Assembly (NCBI GenBank): GCA_002352345.1
Contig: DEIG01000016.1
Location: 7,419-71,418, forward strand
DNA from: Methylococcaceae bacterium UBA2780
Lineage (GTDB): Bacteria; Pseudomonadota; Gammaproteobacteria; Methylococcales; UBA2780
Length of the DNA stretch: 64,000 nt
Direction: 5' to 3'
The notes below the pieces were generated by a model. It had not been told where the DNA came from, ran no database searches, and saw nothing but the letters and a program-made list of their open reading frames with translations. Shown one piece after another: positions 9,460-20,504 of the stretch (position 1 is its first letter; each line of letters opens with the position of its first letter). A program made the translations under genes and the position numbers.

Positions 9460-10992
9460 ATGTCTGATGAAGGTTATTCAAGACGGCAATTTCTTGGCTA
9501 TACCAGCGCTGGTTTGCTGTCGACCTTTTCCGGTCTATCTTTTGCGCAGCAGGGGAGCGTTGTTCGTTCTGCTACTGCCGATTTCAATCCCGATGTCGAA
9601 ATTAATTTAACAGCAAAAAGTGCCCGTGTTCCGATATACGAAGGCCCTAAAACGCTCGTATGGAAATTTCGTGCTGAGCTACTTAAAGGGCCTTCCGAAA
9701 CTTTAAAAGAGGTTCCTGATAGCTATTTAGGGCCTGTTTTTAATCTTAAACAAGGCCAAAGAATACGCATTCATTTTAACAACCGGATACCACAGCGCTG
9801 TATTGTCCACTGGCATGGCTTGCATGTACCTCAGGTCATGGATGGTCATCCAATGTATGCTATCAACAGCGGAGATAGTTACGTTTATGAGTTTACGGTT
9901 GTTAACCGAGCGGGGATGTATTGGTATCACTCTCATACTCATGAGTTGACAGCGAAACAGGTCTATTCTGGGTTAGCCGGGCTTATTATTGTTTCTGATG
10001 ATAACGAGGCACAGCTCAATCTTCCAAGTGGGGCAAAAGATCTGCCAATTGTTATTCAAGACCGAAGTTTTACAGAAGATAACAAGCTCAGATACACCTC
10101 ACATATGCGTGAGCATATGATGGGTTTTCTTGGGGAGGAGATATTGGTGAATGGGCGCCCCGACTTCGAATTACCCGTTTCACAGGGTGTCTATCGACTT
10201 AGGCTGATAAATGGCTCAAATTCGCGAATTTATAAACTTGCTTGGGACGATCGGACGCCGCTGACTGTCATTGGAACCGATGGCGGATTGCTAGAAAAGC
10301 CTGTTACACGAAACTATATATCTCTGGCTCCAGCAGAAAGAGTTGAGATCTGGGCCGATTTTAGGGATAGAGAGATTGGCTCTATTCACTCTTTGGTAAG
10401 TCTGCCTTTCCAAAACATGCGAATGCATATGGGTAGTAGCCTTCCTGAAGGGAGTGAATTTTCTGTTATGAAGGTGAAAGTGGCCAAAGCAGAAAAAATA
10501 GCGGATTCCAGAGAGCTACCAGTAACACTTTCAAAAATTAATCAGCTTGGTTTGGCAGATGTTGTCAACCCTGAGCAGCCCATGTCAATTGCGCTTAGAA
10601 TGCGCCGCATGAACTGGTGGCTGAATGGTGAAGAGTTTGAAATGATGGAGGCGACACCTAGCGAGCGCGTAGCACTAGATAGCCACCATTTGATTCAATT
10701 TGATAATGGCTATCAAACGCGAGGAGGAATGCGTCTTCCACACCCAATGCATCTACATGGACAGCAATTTCAGATTATTAAACGCGAAATCAACCCTAAC
10801 TATCAAAGATCATACGGTGCTTTAAATGAGGGTTTTGTGGACAGTGGATGGAAGGATACGGTTTTGGTTATGCCGGGTGAGCGAGTGACAATGGTCAAAC
10901 CGTTCGAGGATTTTAAAGGTCTATTTCTTTATCACTGCCATAATCTTGAGCATGAAGATATGGGAATGATGCGAAACTTTAATGTGGTTTAA
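9460..10992 (+). CDS. multicopper oxidase, Tat-exported
   Basis: Twin-arginine leader SRRQFLGY. All four copper-ligand motifs are present: HWHGL, WYHSHTH, HPMHLHG and HCHNLEHEDMGMM. GAGGGG RBS upstream of the ATG. Confidence 0.85.
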   Translation: MSDEGYSRRQFLGYTSAGLLSTFSGLSFAQQGSVVRSATADFNPDVEINLTAKSARVPIYEGPKTLVWKFRAELLKGPSETLKEVPDSYLGPVFNLKQGQRIRIHFNNRIPQRCIVHWHGLHVPQVMDGHPMYAINSGDSYVYEFTVVNRAGMYWYHSHTHELTAKQVYSGLAGLIIVSDDNEAQLNLPSGAKDLPIVIQDRSFTEDNKLRYTSHMREHMMGFLGEEILVNGRPDFELPVSQGVYRLRLINGSNSRIYKLAWDDRTPLTVIGTDGGLLEKPVTRNYISLAPAERVEIWADFRDREIGSIHSLVSLPFQNMRMHMGSSLPEGSEFSVMKVKVAKAEKIADSRELPVTLSKINQLGLADVVNPEQPMSIALRMRRMNWWLNGEEFEMMEATPSERVALDSHHLIQFDNGYQTRGGMRLPHPMHLHGQQFQIIKREINPNYQRSYGALNEGFVDSGWKDTVLVMPGERVTMVKPFEDFKGLFLYHCHNLEHEDMGMMRNFNVV

Positions 10993-11004
10993 AGGACGGT
11001 TAAA

Positions 11005-11388
11005 TTGAGATTACTGCACACCATGCTACGAGTGACCAATTTAGATCGGTCACTACAGTTTTACACAGAGCAGTTGGGGATGGGCCTGTTGCGCCGTAAG
11101 GATTACCCAGAAGGCCGATTTACTCTAGCATTCGTTGGGTATGAAAATGAGTCAAAGCAGGCAGCTATTGAACTAACTTGGAACTGGGATATTCATCAAT
11201 ATGAATTAGGAGATAGCTACGGGCATATCGCGATTGAGGTGGATGATGTCTATAAAGCGTGTGAAGAAATCAAGCTGCGAGGTGGCAAGATTATCCGTGA
11301 GGCAGGGCCAATGAAAGGTGGCACAACAGTGCTTGCTTTTCTGGAAGATCCAGATGGATACAAGATCGAGTTGTTGGGTCCCAAATAG
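11005..11388 (+). CDS. gloA: lactoylglutathione lyase (glyoxalase I)
   Basis: The N-terminus [10 protein letters not shown] matches E. coli GloA as I remember it, and the rest is colinear (ELTWNW...[10 protein letters not shown]...[13 protein letters not shown]). TTG start preceded by AAGGA. Confidence 0.9.
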   Translation: MRLLHTMLRVTNLDRSLQFYTEQLGMGLLRRKDYPEGRFTLAFVGYENESKQAAIELTWNWDIHQYELGDSYGHIAIEVDDVYKACEEIKLRGGKIIREAGPMKGGTTVLAFLEDPDGYKIELLGPK

Positions 11389-11391
11389 TCG

Positions 11392-11994
11392 TCACGATAG
11401 AACAGGATAATCAAATGCCTCAAGCATTCTGATTAGCCGGATTAGTGGTAAACCAATCAATGCGTTTGGATCTTCGCCCTCTATTTTTTCAAATAGAGCG
11501 ATACCCATTGCTTCAGATTTAAAGCTAGCGGCACAATTATAGGGTTCGTCTAGCTCTATGTAACGGGCGATTTGAGACTCTGTTAGTGTGCGGAAGTGAA
11601 CCACGCAGCGATCAACGTCAGTAATGTATTGGCCTGTTTCACTATCCAAAAGGCAAACTGATGTATAAAAAACGACCTGTTTCCCGCTGGCTCTTTTGAG
11701 ATCTTCAAAAGCTTTTTCTGGAGAACCGGGTTTATGAAGTTGCTGCTCTCCAAGCATGGCAACTTGATCAGATCCAATTATTAAATGATTCGGGTATTTA
11801 CTAACCAATGCGTGGGCTTTTAAAACAGCGAGCCGTTTCGACAAATCACGGGGAGATTCCTCTGTTAACGCGGTCTCATCTACATCTGGAGAGGCAGCTG
11901 AAAAGCTAAGATGCAGCTTTTTTAGCAACGCCTGTCGGAATGGGGAGCTGGAGGCGAGGACAAGCTGTTTAGGAATGTTATTTATTGTAGACAT
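11392..11994 (-). CDS. yceF: Maf-like nucleoside triphosphate pyrophosphatase (YceF type)
   Basis: 200 aa. Motifs LVLASSSPFR, IGSDQV and KSEAMGIALFEKIEG. Divergent from yceD as in E. coli. Confidence 0.8.
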   Translation of the reverse strand: MSTINNIPKQLVLASSSPFRQALLKKLHLSFSAASPDVDETALTEESPRDLSKRLAVLKAHALVSKYPNHLIIGSDQVAMLGEQQLHKPGSPEKAFEDLKRASGKQVVFYTSVCLLDSETGQYITDVDRCVVHFRTLTESQIARYIELDEPYNCAASFKSEAMGIALFEKIEGEDPNALIGLPLIRLIRMLEAFDYPVLS

Positions 11995-12036
11995 TTTTTG
12001 ACATGGTTTTAGATTTCAAAGTATCATTGTACAGAT

Positions 12037-12552
12037 ATGTCGAGCCACCTTCCTGAATATGTTTCCCCCTTGGCTTTAGCTGAAAAAGGGTGTTTGATTC
12101 AAGGGGAATACCCCCTAGCAAATTTATTGCGGCTTAAAGGGATGTTGGCTCAGGATGAAGGAAGTGTACGCTTTGAGTTGAATTTTCAACGTGAAGGTAG
12201 GAGCCGGGTCATTACAGGCTTTGTTCTTGCTGATTTAAAGCTTAACTGTCAGGTCTGTATGGATGCGCTTGACCTGCCAATAGATAGAAAAGTAAGCCTT
12301 TCGATTGTGACATCAATCGAGCAGGCAGAGCGACTGTCTGAGGAATATGAAGCACTGCTGCTTCAAAGTACTGAGGATACAGTTGCCTTAATGGATATTG
12401 TGGAAGATGAGCTGATACTCGCTTTACCAGACTTTGCAAAGCATGGTGATTGCCGTATCGGTGTAAATACAAGCAGTAATATTGAAGAAGAACCAGAACA
12501 GAAAGAGGTTGTTAATCCTTTTTCTGTTTTAGCAAATTTAAAGAAAGACTGA
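12037..12552 (+). CDS. yceD: YceD (DUF177) large-subunit ribosomal accumulation protein
   Basis: 171-aa acidic protein containing CxxC (LNCQVCMD). It sits immediately upstream of rpmF, the conserved position. Confidence 0.8.
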   Translation: MSSHLPEYVSPLALAEKGCLIQGEYPLANLLRLKGMLAQDEGSVRFELNFQREGRSRVITGFVLADLKLNCQVCMDALDLPIDRKVSLSIVTSIEQAERLSEEYEALLLQSTEDTVALMDIVEDELILALPDFAKHGDCRIGVNTSSNIEEEPEQKEVVNPFSVLANLKKD

Positions 12553-12570
12553 CCGACCTGGAGTTTAATC

Positions 12571-12753
12571 ATGGCTGTACAACAAAACCGAAAAACACGT
12601 TCAAAACGCGGCATGCGTCGTTCACACGATGCACTGACGGGTAAAACTTTATCAATTGAGCCAACAACTGGCGAAACACACCTAAGACACCATGTGAGCG
12701 CTGATGGTTTCTATCGTGGACGCAAGGTTGTAGAAGATAAAGGCGAGGAATAA
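12571..12753 (+). CDS. rpmF: 50S ribosomal protein L32
   Basis: [22 protein letters not shown] is the canonical L32 N-terminus. 60 aa. Confidence 0.92.
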   Translation: MAVQQNRKTRSKRGMRRSHDALTGKTLSIEPTTGETHLRHHVSADGFYRGRKVVEDKGEE

Positions 12754-12791
12754 TAGATCCCTGCTACCAAGTCTGGATTCAGATTTAAAAT

Positions 12792-12822
12792 AGGCCCTGT
12801 TGATTTATAACAGGGCCTTTCT
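12792..12822 (+). terminator. intrinsic terminator or attenuator after rpmF
   Basis: Perfect 10-bp stem AGGCCCTGTT / AACAGGGCCT followed by TTCT. Confidence 0.6.
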
Positions 12823-12842
12823 CAATTCTAGGGACTCATAAC

Positions 12843-13868
12843 ATGAGTATGTTCACGATTGCTGTTGATGCAATGGGAGGCGATTACGGCCCATCTGTAA
12901 CCGTTCCAGCATCAATAAATAGCCTTAATCAATTTCCTCAGTTAAACCTTATTTTGGTGGGTGATGAGGCTAAAATTGGTGCGTCACTTAAAGATTCTGG
13001 CTGGGACTTAGGTAATAACCGCATTCAAATCAGGCATGCTAGTCAATGCGTTGAAATGCATGAATCACCATCTAAAGCGCTGCGCAATAAGAAAGATTCA
13101 TCAATGCGCGTAGCCATCAACCTAGTTAAAGAAGGCGTTGCCGATGCCTGCGTCAGTGCAGGAAATACTGGCGCCTTGATGGCAACAGCTCGCTTTGTTC
13201 TTAAAATGATTCCTGGCCTCGATCGTCCGGCGATTATCTCCACACTTCCAGCCTTGGAAAAGCATACTTATATGCTTGATCTGGGCGCAAATGTGGAGAG
13301 TAGGGCAGAGCACCTATTCCATTTTGCCTTGATGGGAAATGAGCTTGTTAAGGCGGTAGAGCATATTAAAAAGCCAAAAGTAGGGTTGCTCAATATTGGT
13401 GAAGAGGAGATGAAAGGGAATGAGCAGGTAAAAAAAGCGGCTCAATTACTTTCTGACTCAGAGCTAAATTACGTTGGCTTCGTTGAGGGGACTGATATTT
13501 TCCTAGGCGATGTCGATATTGTTGTTGCAGATGGTTTTGTTGGTAATATCGCACTTAAAACCACCGAAGGGTTAGCTGAAATGATTGCCAGCAGGCTTAA
13601 AAAGAGCTTCACAAGCTCTTTTTATGGAAAGATTGTTGGCTTGCTAGCTAAGCCCGTCCTTAGGGCATTTAAAGAAGAAATTGACCCAAGGGAATATAAT
13701 GGCGCCAGTTTTTTGGGGCTAAAAGGGATTGTTGTGAAAAGCCACGGAGGTGCTGACACTCTTGCTTTTCAGAATGCAGTTAAAATTGCCTATCTTGAGA
13801 TTGAAGAGAATGTTGCAGGAAAAATAAATGCCGAGGTTGAACGGCTTTTGACTGAAAGAGGCAGGTAA
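12843..13868 (+). CDS. plsX: phosphate acyltransferase PlsX
   Basis: 341 aa. Motifs [16 protein letters not shown] and KSHGGAD. Conserved rpmF-plsX-fabH position. Confidence 0.9.
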   Translation: MSMFTIAVDAMGGDYGPSVTVPASINSLNQFPQLNLILVGDEAKIGASLKDSGWDLGNNRIQIRHASQCVEMHESPSKALRNKKDSSMRVAINLVKEGVADACVSAGNTGALMATARFVLKMIPGLDRPAIISTLPALEKHTYMLDLGANVESRAEHLFHFALMGNELVKAVEHIKKPKVGLLNIGEEEMKGNEQVKKAAQLLSDSELNYVGFVEGTDIFLGDVDIVVADGFVGNIALKTTEGLAEMIASRLKKSFTSSFYGKIVGLLAKPVLRAFKEEIDPREYNGASFLGLKGIVVKSHGGADTLAFQNAVKIAYLEIEENVAGKINAEVERLLTERGR

Positions 13869-14833
13869 TGACAATCTATTCACGTATCATCGGAACCGGT
13901 GGATATCTTCCAGAACAGGTCCGAACAAACCATGACATTGCGGAAAAGATTGATACGAGCGATGAATGGATTAGGGAGCGAACAGGAATAGAAGAGCGCC
14001 GGATTGCTGCGCCGACTGAAACAGCTTCTAGTATGGCCGAAATCTCTTCGAGACAAGCTATTGAAGCCGCTGGTATTGAGCCAGATTCAATCGACCTTGT
14101 TATTGTCGCAACAAGTTCACCTGATCGTATTTTCCCAAGTACCGCCTGCCTATTACAGAACCGTCTAGGAACGGGAAATTGTGCTGCCTTTGACGTTCAA
14201 GCTGCTTGCTCTGGATTTATTTATGCTTTTAGTATTGCAGATCAATTTATTCGTGCAGGTAGTGTTAAAAGAGCACTTGTAGTCGGCAGTGAAGTCAACT
14301 CTCGTATTATCAATTGGGAAGATAGAGGAACTGCAATTATTTTTGGTGATGGCTCTGGTGCCGTTTTACTCGAAGCCAGTGAAGAGCCGGGAGTTTTGTC
14401 TACTCATCTTAATTCTGATGGTCAGCACCATGAACTATTATATATTCCTAACCCAATTGGTGATCAAGCGAAGCCCGACGAAAAGGCCCATATGAAAATG
14501 TCCGGGAATGAGGTTTTTAAGGTCGCTGTAAACACCTTGGGGAAAATTGTCGACGAGACGCTTGCGGCCAATAATATGGAGAAGTCCGATGTTGACTGGC
14601 TGGTACCACATCAAGCTAATATGCGAATAATCAAAGCAACTGCTAGAAAGCTGAAAATGCCGATGGAGCAGGTTGTTGTTACAATTGAAAAGCAGGGAAA
14701 CACCTCTGGGGCTTCTGTTCCACTTGCGCTAAATGAGGCGATCCGCGATGGCAGAATTCAGCGCGGACAAACTGTTTTATTAGAGGCATTTGGTGGTGGA
14801 TTTGTCTGGGGTTCTGCGTTAATTAAATACTAA
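13868..14833 (+). CDS. fabH: 3-oxoacyl-ACP synthase III
   Basis: Active-site Cys context [19 protein letters not shown] and LLEAFGGG. Start overlaps the plsX stop. Confidence 0.9.
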   Translation: MTIYSRIIGTGGYLPEQVRTNHDIAEKIDTSDEWIRERTGIEERRIAAPTETASSMAEISSRQAIEAAGIEPDSIDLVIVATSSPDRIFPSTACLLQNRLGTGNCAAFDVQAACSGFIYAFSIADQFIRAGSVKRALVVGSEVNSRIINWEDRGTAIIFGDGSGAVLLEASEEPGVLSTHLNSDGQHHELLYIPNPIGDQAKPDEKAHMKMSGNEVFKVAVNTLGKIVDETLAANNMEKSDVDWLVPHQANMRIIKATARKLKMPMEQVVVTIEKQGNTSGASVPLALNEAIRDGRIQRGQTVLLEAFGGGFVWGSALIKY

Positions 14834-14859
14834 TAACATTAAGTTAATACTCTAACACT

Positions 14860-15804
14860 ATGAATAAATTAATTAATTTATCCTTCGTTTTTCCGGGTCA
14901 AGGCTCTCAGTCATTAGGGATGCTGTCAGAGCTCGCGGCAGGCCATTCTGAGGTTGAAGAGACATTTGAAGCGGCATCAGAGGTTTTAGGTAAAGATCTT
15001 TGGAAGATCGCTCAAGAGGGGCCGGCCGATCTACAAAATCAGACGATCAATACCCAACCTTTGATGTTGGCTGCAGGCGTTGCAACATGGCGTATCTGGA
15101 GCAAATTAACCGATATTCACCCAAGTTGGATGGCAGGGCATAGCCTTGGTGAATACAGTGCGCTTGTTTGTGCAAATTCAATTGCATTTGAAGATGCTGT
15201 CAAAATAGTTTCTGAACGCGCCCGCTTTATGCAAGAAGCCGTACCTGATGGAGTAGGCGCGATGGCTGCTGTTCTGGGCTTAGAGAACCACCTTGTGGTT
15301 GCCGCATGCAAAGAGGCGGCAGATGATGAGGTCGTTTCAGCAGTAAACTTTAATGCCCCAGGGCAAGTTGTTATTGCAGGTAATGCAGCAGCGGTGGAGA
15401 GAGCAATCGAAGCTGCAAAGGAGCAAGGGGCAAGAAAAGCTATTTTGTTACCTGTAAGTGTTCCTTCGCACTGCTCTTTAATGGAGCCTGCGGCAGAAAA
15501 ACTAGATGAACTGCTACAAACAATTGAGATAAAAACACCTGATACGGCTGTTTTACATAATGCAGATGTTAACTGCCATGAAGCACCGGAAGTGATCCGT
15601 AATGCACTTAAACAGCAGCTATTTAACCCTGTGAGATGGACAGAAAGCGTTCGATTTATGAGCGATCAAGGCGCAACTATTTTCGTAGAGTGTGGTCCAG
15701 GGAAGGTATTAAGCGGAATGAACAAGCGGATTGTCAAAGGTGTAACCGTATTACCTTTAATTAATGAAGCAACATTAAATAAAACATTGGAGGCACTGCA
15801 ATGA
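14860..15804 (+). CDS. fabD: malonyl-CoA:ACP transacylase
   Basis: FVFPGQGSQ and the GHSLGEYSAL nucleophile elbow. Conserved position in the fab cluster. Confidence 0.9.
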   Translation: MNKLINLSFVFPGQGSQSLGMLSELAAGHSEVEETFEAASEVLGKDLWKIAQEGPADLQNQTINTQPLMLAAGVATWRIWSKLTDIHPSWMAGHSLGEYSALVCANSIAFEDAVKIVSERARFMQEAVPDGVGAMAAVLGLENHLVVAACKEAADDEVVSAVNFNAPGQVVIAGNAAAVERAIEAAKEQGARKAILLPVSVPSHCSLMEPAAEKLDELLQTIEIKTPDTAVLHNADVNCHEAPEVIRNALKQQLFNPVRWTESVRFMSDQGATIFVECGPGKVLSGMNKRIVKGVTVLPLINEATLNKTLEALQ

Positions 15805-16544
15805 CAGAGTCAAAGAAAGTCGCTCTTGTAACAGGCGCAACGCGTGGTATTGGCCGTGAGATTGCTCTACAACTTGCAGAGCAGGGGCATATTGTCATCG
15901 GGACAGCCACTTCTGAAAAAGGGGCCAGTACTATTTCAGAAACGTTGAAAGAAGCTGGAGCAGAGGGTTGCGGGCTTGTTTTAGATGTAAGTGATGGCGA
16001 CTCTATTGCTGCGGTTATGAAAACGATAAATGCAGAATATGGTGCTCCCGTCGTTCTAGTTAACAATGCAGGAATTACGCGCGATAACCTGCTGATGAGA
16101 ATGAAAGATGATGAATGGAATGACATCATAAACACCAACCTAAGCTCGGTCTTCCGTATGAGCAAGGCTTGCCTTAGAGGAATGATGAAGGCTAAAGGCG
16201 GAAGGATTGTGACAATTGCATCTGTCGTTGGATTATCTGGTAATGCCGGGCAAGCAAACTATGCTGCTGCAAAAGCGGGCATCATCGGTTTTACCAAATC
16301 GCTTGCACAGGAAGTTGGCTCTAGAAACATTACCGTGAATGCTGTTGCACCAGGCTTTATTGATACAGATATGACCCGCTCGCTCCCTGAAGAGCAAAAG
16401 AATAAATTGCTAGGCTCGATTCCTTTAAATCGACTAGGAGAATCTAAAGAAATTGCAAGTACAGTTACCTTTTTGTGCTCGTCTGGGGCTTCATATATAA
16501 CGGGTGAAACTATTAATGTTAATGGTGGCATGTACATGTCTTAA
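15801..16544 (+). CDS. fabG: 3-oxoacyl-ACP reductase
   Basis: SDR motifs TGATRGIGREIA, NNAGI, YAAAKAG and ITVNAVAPGFIDTDM. Overlaps fabD by 4 nt. Confidence 0.9.
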   Translation: MTESKKVALVTGATRGIGREIALQLAEQGHIVIGTATSEKGASTISETLKEAGAEGCGLVLDVSDGDSIAAVMKTINAEYGAPVVLVNNAGITRDNLLMRMKDDEWNDIINTNLSSVFRMSKACLRGMMKAKGGRIVTIASVVGLSGNAGQANYAAAKAGIIGFTKSLAQEVGSRNITVNAVAPGFIDTDMTRSLPEEQKNKLLGSIPLNRLGESKEIASTVTFLCSSGASYITGETINVNGGMYMS

Positions 16545-16707
16545 CCCTTCGTGGGTTAAGAAGTAATGGCTTTTCTTGATAAGATTGAAAAAATACTTTT
16601 GTTTTTTCGCCATTATGCAATAAAATTACAATGTTCGTATTTACAGTGGGCAAGCTTAGTTTGCTCTTAAATGAGTTTTTTGTGTTTTCTTTGAGGAAAG
16701 AGATATT

Positions 16708-16941
16708 ATGAGTACTATTGATGAACGTGTAAAAAAGATTGTTGCTGAGCAACTTGGTGTTAGTGAAGATGAAGTTTCAAACGAAGCATCTTTCGTTGAC
16801 GATCTTGGCGCGGACTCACTGGATACAGTTGAATTAGTTATGGCACTTGAAGAGGAATTTGAGTGTGAAATCCCTGACGAAGAAGCTGAGAACATTACAA
16901 CAGTTCAGCAAGCTATCGATTACGTCAACAAAAATCTGTAA
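16708..16941 (+). CDS. acpP: acyl carrier protein
   Basis: 77 aa with the [20 protein letters not shown] phosphopantetheine site. GAGGAAAGAG RBS upstream. Confidence 0.95.
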   Translation: MSTIDERVKKIVAEQLGVSEDEVSNEASFVDDLGADSLDTVELVMALEEEFECEIPDEEAENITTVQQAIDYVNKNL

Positions 16942-16959
16942 GAATAGCTTCCAAGCTAC

Positions 16960-16997
16960 GCCGAGCAATCCATAAGGGCTGCTCGGCGTTCTTTTTT
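16960..16997 (+). terminator. intrinsic terminator or attenuator after acpP
   Basis: 8-bp stem GCCGAGCA / TGCTCGGC followed by GTTCTTTTTT. Confidence 0.65.
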
Positions 16998-17021
16998 GTC
17001 TAAAATCATACTGGAAGAACC

Positions 17022-18266
17022 TTGAATAAACGCCGTGTTGTCGTAACAGGCTTGGGTGCTATTTCACCTGTTGGCCTGAATGTTAAAGAATCCTGGAATA
17101 GTGTTTTAAATGGTAAAAGTGGTATTGAACTACTCACTCATTTTGACACCAGCGATTTTTCAACAAAATTTGGCGGCGCAATTAAAGGTTTTGATATAAC
17201 GCAGTATATACCGCGCAAAGATGCCAAAAGAATGGATGGTTTCATTCATTATGGGCTTGCTGCAGGATGTCAGGCAATTGAAGACTCAGGAATTGAAGTA
17301 ACCAATGAAAATGCCGAAAGAATTGGTGTGGCTATTGGAGCTGGAATTGGTGGTATTACAGGGATTGAGGATGGCCATAATGGCTTCTTAAAAGGTGGCC
17401 CAAGAAAAATATCTCCTTTCTATATTCCGGGCAATATCATCAACATGATTTCAGGAAACCTTTCGATTAAATATGGTTTGAAAGGCCCAAACTTTGCAAT
17501 TGCTACAGCCTGTACTACCGGCACGCACAACATTGGTGAAGCAGCGCGCAACATCGCTTATGGTGATGCTGATGTAATGGTTGCAGGTGGAGCAGAAATG
17601 ACTTCAACCTCACCAACCACAATGGCTGGTTTTGCTTCCGCTAGAGCACTTTCGAAGCGAAATGATGATCCGTTAGCAGCTAGTCGCCCTTGGGACAGAG
17701 ATCGTGATGGTTTTGTTCTAAGTGATGGAGCTGGTGTTTTGGTGCTTGAAGAGCTCGAGCATGCAAAAGCGCGTGGTGCGCATATCTATGCTGAGCTGGC
17801 AGGATACGGAAAAAGTGCTGATGCTTATCATATGACCACACCTTCAGAGAATGGTGAAGGTGCTGCACGTTGCATGCGAAATGCCATGAATGATGCAGGA
17901 ATTGAGGCTGCGGTTATTGATTATGTTAATGCTCATGGTACCTCAACTCCCGCGGGTGACATCGCTGAAACCAGCGCAGTTAAAACTGCTTTGGGATCGC
18001 ATGCAGGTAAAGTTGCAGTTAGTTCAACCAAATCAATGACAGGGCACATGCTGGGCGCTGCAGGTGGTATTGAAGCTGTATTCTCGGTATTGGCAATCCA
18101 AGACAGCGTTGCCCCTCCTACAATAAATCTAGATAACCCTGACCCTGAATGTGATCTGGATTATGTTCCAAACAACGCAAGAGAGATGAATATAGACTGT
18201 GCTATGTCTAACTCATTTGGTTTTGGTGGAACAAACGGGACCCTTATTTTTAAGAAGCTTGCCTAG
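17022..18266 (+). CDS. fabF: 3-oxoacyl-ACP synthase II
   Basis: [13 protein letters not shown]-terminus, active-site [26 protein letters not shown] and [12 protein letters not shown] start. Confidence 0.9.
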   Translation: MNKRRVVVTGLGAISPVGLNVKESWNSVLNGKSGIELLTHFDTSDFSTKFGGAIKGFDITQYIPRKDAKRMDGFIHYGLAAGCQAIEDSGIEVTNENAERIGVAIGAGIGGITGIEDGHNGFLKGGPRKISPFYIPGNIINMISGNLSIKYGLKGPNFAIATACTTGTHNIGEAARNIAYGDADVMVAGGAEMTSTSPTTMAGFASARALSKRNDDPLAASRPWDRDRDGFVLSDGAGVLVLEELEHAKARGAHIYAELAGYGKSADAYHMTTPSENGEGAARCMRNAMNDAGIEAAVIDYVNAHGTSTPAGDIAETSAVKTALGSHAGKVAVSSTKSMTGHMLGAAGGIEAVFSVLAIQDSVAPPTINLDNPDPECDLDYVPNNAREMNIDCAMSNSFGFGGTNGTLIFKKLA

Positions 18267-18285
18267 GCGGCAAGCAGCTTAACTA

Positions 18286-19665
18286 GTGGTTGTTAACGAA
18301 TGCCTTACTAGGCGTATCAATTTAAACAACCACCTGGATTTCACATTATTACATCAGCTTAATAAAGCACGTTACCCCTACTTGCTTGAAAGTGTTGCCC
18401 ACGGAACAGCTCAGGGCCGTTTCGATATTGCTTTCGCTTTCCCAGAAAAATCACTAAAACTAGAGCATCTTAGCCATCTGGTTATGTCCAATGGCGAAAA
18501 AGTTGCTGATGGTGATTTTTTGAAACAGCTCGACCTAATATGGAAAGAGGAGAAGAGTAAAGCGCCTTCATCCTCATCTTTTTTGCCCTTCACTGGAGGA
18601 TGGTTTATTTTTCTATCTTATGAACTAGTTTCCCAGATAGAAAACAAACTTGTTGATATCCCTGTAAATACCGGGCTTCCTGTGGCACAAGCAACCAGAA
18701 TTCCAGCTGCAGTAATACGTGACAATATAAGCGGGGAAGTTTTCCTCGTCGCAGAAAAAAACAGGGAATCTCTAATCGAAATAATGTTGTCTGATTTGCA
18801 ACAACTCCCTGAATCTTTCCTTCAAGACGAAGCGATAACAGAATCATTAGAAGAGGATCAAGGCGATATTTTTTGCTCTGGGGTCAAAAGATGCAGAGAA
18901 TACTTGTACGAAGGCGATGTTTTTCAAGTTAACCTCTCGAGAGAATACCGTGGCAAACTGAAATCACAAGCGCAGTATCTTGATCTTTATCGAAGCCTTA
19001 AAGAATCAAATCCAGCCCCATTTGCTGGCTTAGCCACTTTTGGTGATGCAGCGATATGCAGCTCCTCTCCAGAGCGTTTGGTTCGCGTCCAGAATAGTCA
19101 TGTTGATATGCGACCAATAGCTGGTACTCGGCCTCGAAACAACAATGACTTGATCGATAAACAACTCTCCTCTGAGCTATTAAATAGCTCAAAAGAACAG
19201 GCAGAGCATGTTATGTTGATCGATCTGATTAGAAATGATCTTGGTCGAATTTGCCAATACGATTCCATCCATGTCGAGGAAGATAGAGTGCTTGAGAGTT
19301 ATGCTCATGTTCACCATATTGTTTCAAATGTGGGCGGTGATCTTGTTGAGGACACCCCTCCTGGTGAAGTTATTCGAGCACTTTTCCCTGGCGGTACGAT
19401 CACTGGATGCCCTAAAGTACACTGTATGGAGATCATCTCTGAGCTTGAGTCAGCGCCTCGAGGTGCTTATACCGGCTCGATGGGCTACTTAAACCTAAAT
19501 GGTGATATGGATTTGAACATTCTGATTCGAACCATTGTCTGCGAGAAGAGACAATTTCATTTTAGGACCGGAGCAGGGATAGTCTCTGATTCAGTGGCCG
19601 AGCACGAATTAAAAGAGACTCAGCATAAAGCTAAAGGGCTGCTACGCGCGTTGAGCATGATATGA
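18286..19665 (+). CDS. pabB: aminodeoxychorismate synthase component I
   Basis: Chorismate-binding family motifs SSPERLV, RPIAGTRPR, EHVMLIDLIRND, PGGTITGCPK and RGAYTGSMGY. Assigned to PabB rather than TrpE because it overlaps pabC by 4 nt. GTG start. Confidence 0.75.
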   Translation: MVVNECLTRRINLNNHLDFTLLHQLNKARYPYLLESVAHGTAQGRFDIAFAFPEKSLKLEHLSHLVMSNGEKVADGDFLKQLDLIWKEEKSKAPSSSSFLPFTGGWFIFLSYELVSQIENKLVDIPVNTGLPVAQATRIPAAVIRDNISGEVFLVAEKNRESLIEIMLSDLQQLPESFLQDEAITESLEEDQGDIFCSGVKRCREYLYEGDVFQVNLSREYRGKLKSQAQYLDLYRSLKESNPAPFAGLATFGDAAICSSSPERLVRVQNSHVDMRPIAGTRPRNNNDLIDKQLSSELLNSSKEQAEHVMLIDLIRNDLGRICQYDSIHVEEDRVLESYAHVHHIVSNVGGDLVEDTPPGEVIRALFPGGTITGCPKVHCMEIISELESAPRGAYTGSMGYLNLNGDMDLNILIRTIVCEKRQFHFRTGAGIVSDSVAEHELKETQHKAKGLLRALSMI

Positions 19666-20504
19666 ATAGCTTGATTAACGGACGGCCATCAGAACAGATT
19701 CGAGCAGATGATCGCGGTTTAGCCTATGGAGACGGCCTATTTGAGACCATCGAGGTAGATCAAGGCCGCTTAGTTTATTGGCAACGCCACTTAGACCGAT
19801 TAACTAACGGCTGTAGTCGGCTATCTATCCCCATCCCAGATCGCAGCCAACTACTTGCTGAAGCCAAGCAGCTATTGCAGGCCAATAACAGTGGGGTGCT
19901 CAAAATCACTATTACAAGGGGTACTGGTGGACGGGGATATTCACATCCCAATCCCTCCTTGCCAACCCGACTGATAACTTTTCATGCTCAACCAGACTAT
20001 CCACCGGCATACCAAACCCAAGGTGTTTGTCTGAAAGTTTGTTCATCTCGGCTCGGTATAAATCCTCAACTTGCAGGGTTAAAACACCTGAATAGGCTAG
20101 AGCAAGTGATTGCGCGCGCTGAATTAGATTCACCAAAACAGCAAGAAGGGCTCATGCTAGATTATGAAGGGCATCCTGTTGAAGGGATTATGTCCAACCT
20201 CTTTTGGGTCTCTTCAGGAGAGATTTTTACACCTGATTTGGGGCTCTGTGGTGTTTCTGGTGTTATTCGTGAAATTGTTATCGAGTTAGCTGAAAAAAGC
20301 GGTATCCCATGTAGGATAGGGCGCTTTACAATCGATCACCTGTTGGCTTCTGATGAGGTTTTTGTGACCAATAGCCTAATTGGAATTTGGCCCGTTCATG
20401 ATCTGGATGACCATCTGTTTTCAATCGGAGAGGTGACCCTATTTTTACTAAAACAGCTAAACAAAGATAAGAAAAAGAATTTGGAGATAGCTAATGAAAA
20501 GTAG
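19662..20504 (+). CDS. pabC: aminodeoxychorismate lyase (class IV aminotransferase fold)
   Basis: 280 aa. Motifs RGLAYGDGLFET and GLKHLNRLEQV. Occupies the conserved fabF-pabC-mltG position. Confidence 0.75.
   Translation: MNSLINGRPSEQIRADDRGLAYGDGLFETIEVDQGRLVYWQRHLDRLTNGCSRLSIPIPDRSQLLAEAKQLLQANNSGVLKITITRGTGGRGYSHPNPSLPTRLITFHAQPDYPPAYQTQGVCLKVCSSRLGINPQLAGLKHLNRLEQVIARAELDSPKQQEGLMLDYEGHPVEGIMSNLFWVSSGEIFTPDLGLCGVSGVIREIVIELAEKSGIPCRIGRFTIDHLLASDEVFVTNSLIGIWPVHDLDDHLFSIGEVTLFLLKQLNKDKKKNLEIANEK

Noticed and set aside
15761-16895. Minus-strand ORFs of 134, 92, 77 and 79 aa across fabG and acpP.
   Set aside because: They are antisense to highly conserved fab genes or span the fabG-acpP spacer. 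They have no RBS and no recognisable motifs.
18258-18276. GCTTGCC/GGCAAGC hairpin overlapping the fabF stop, and a similar CTTAACCC/GGGTTAAG hairpin at the fabG stop (16541-16561), considered as terminators.
   Set aside because: Neither is followed by a T-run. At most they are weak attenuators or mRNA-stability elements and are not reported as features.
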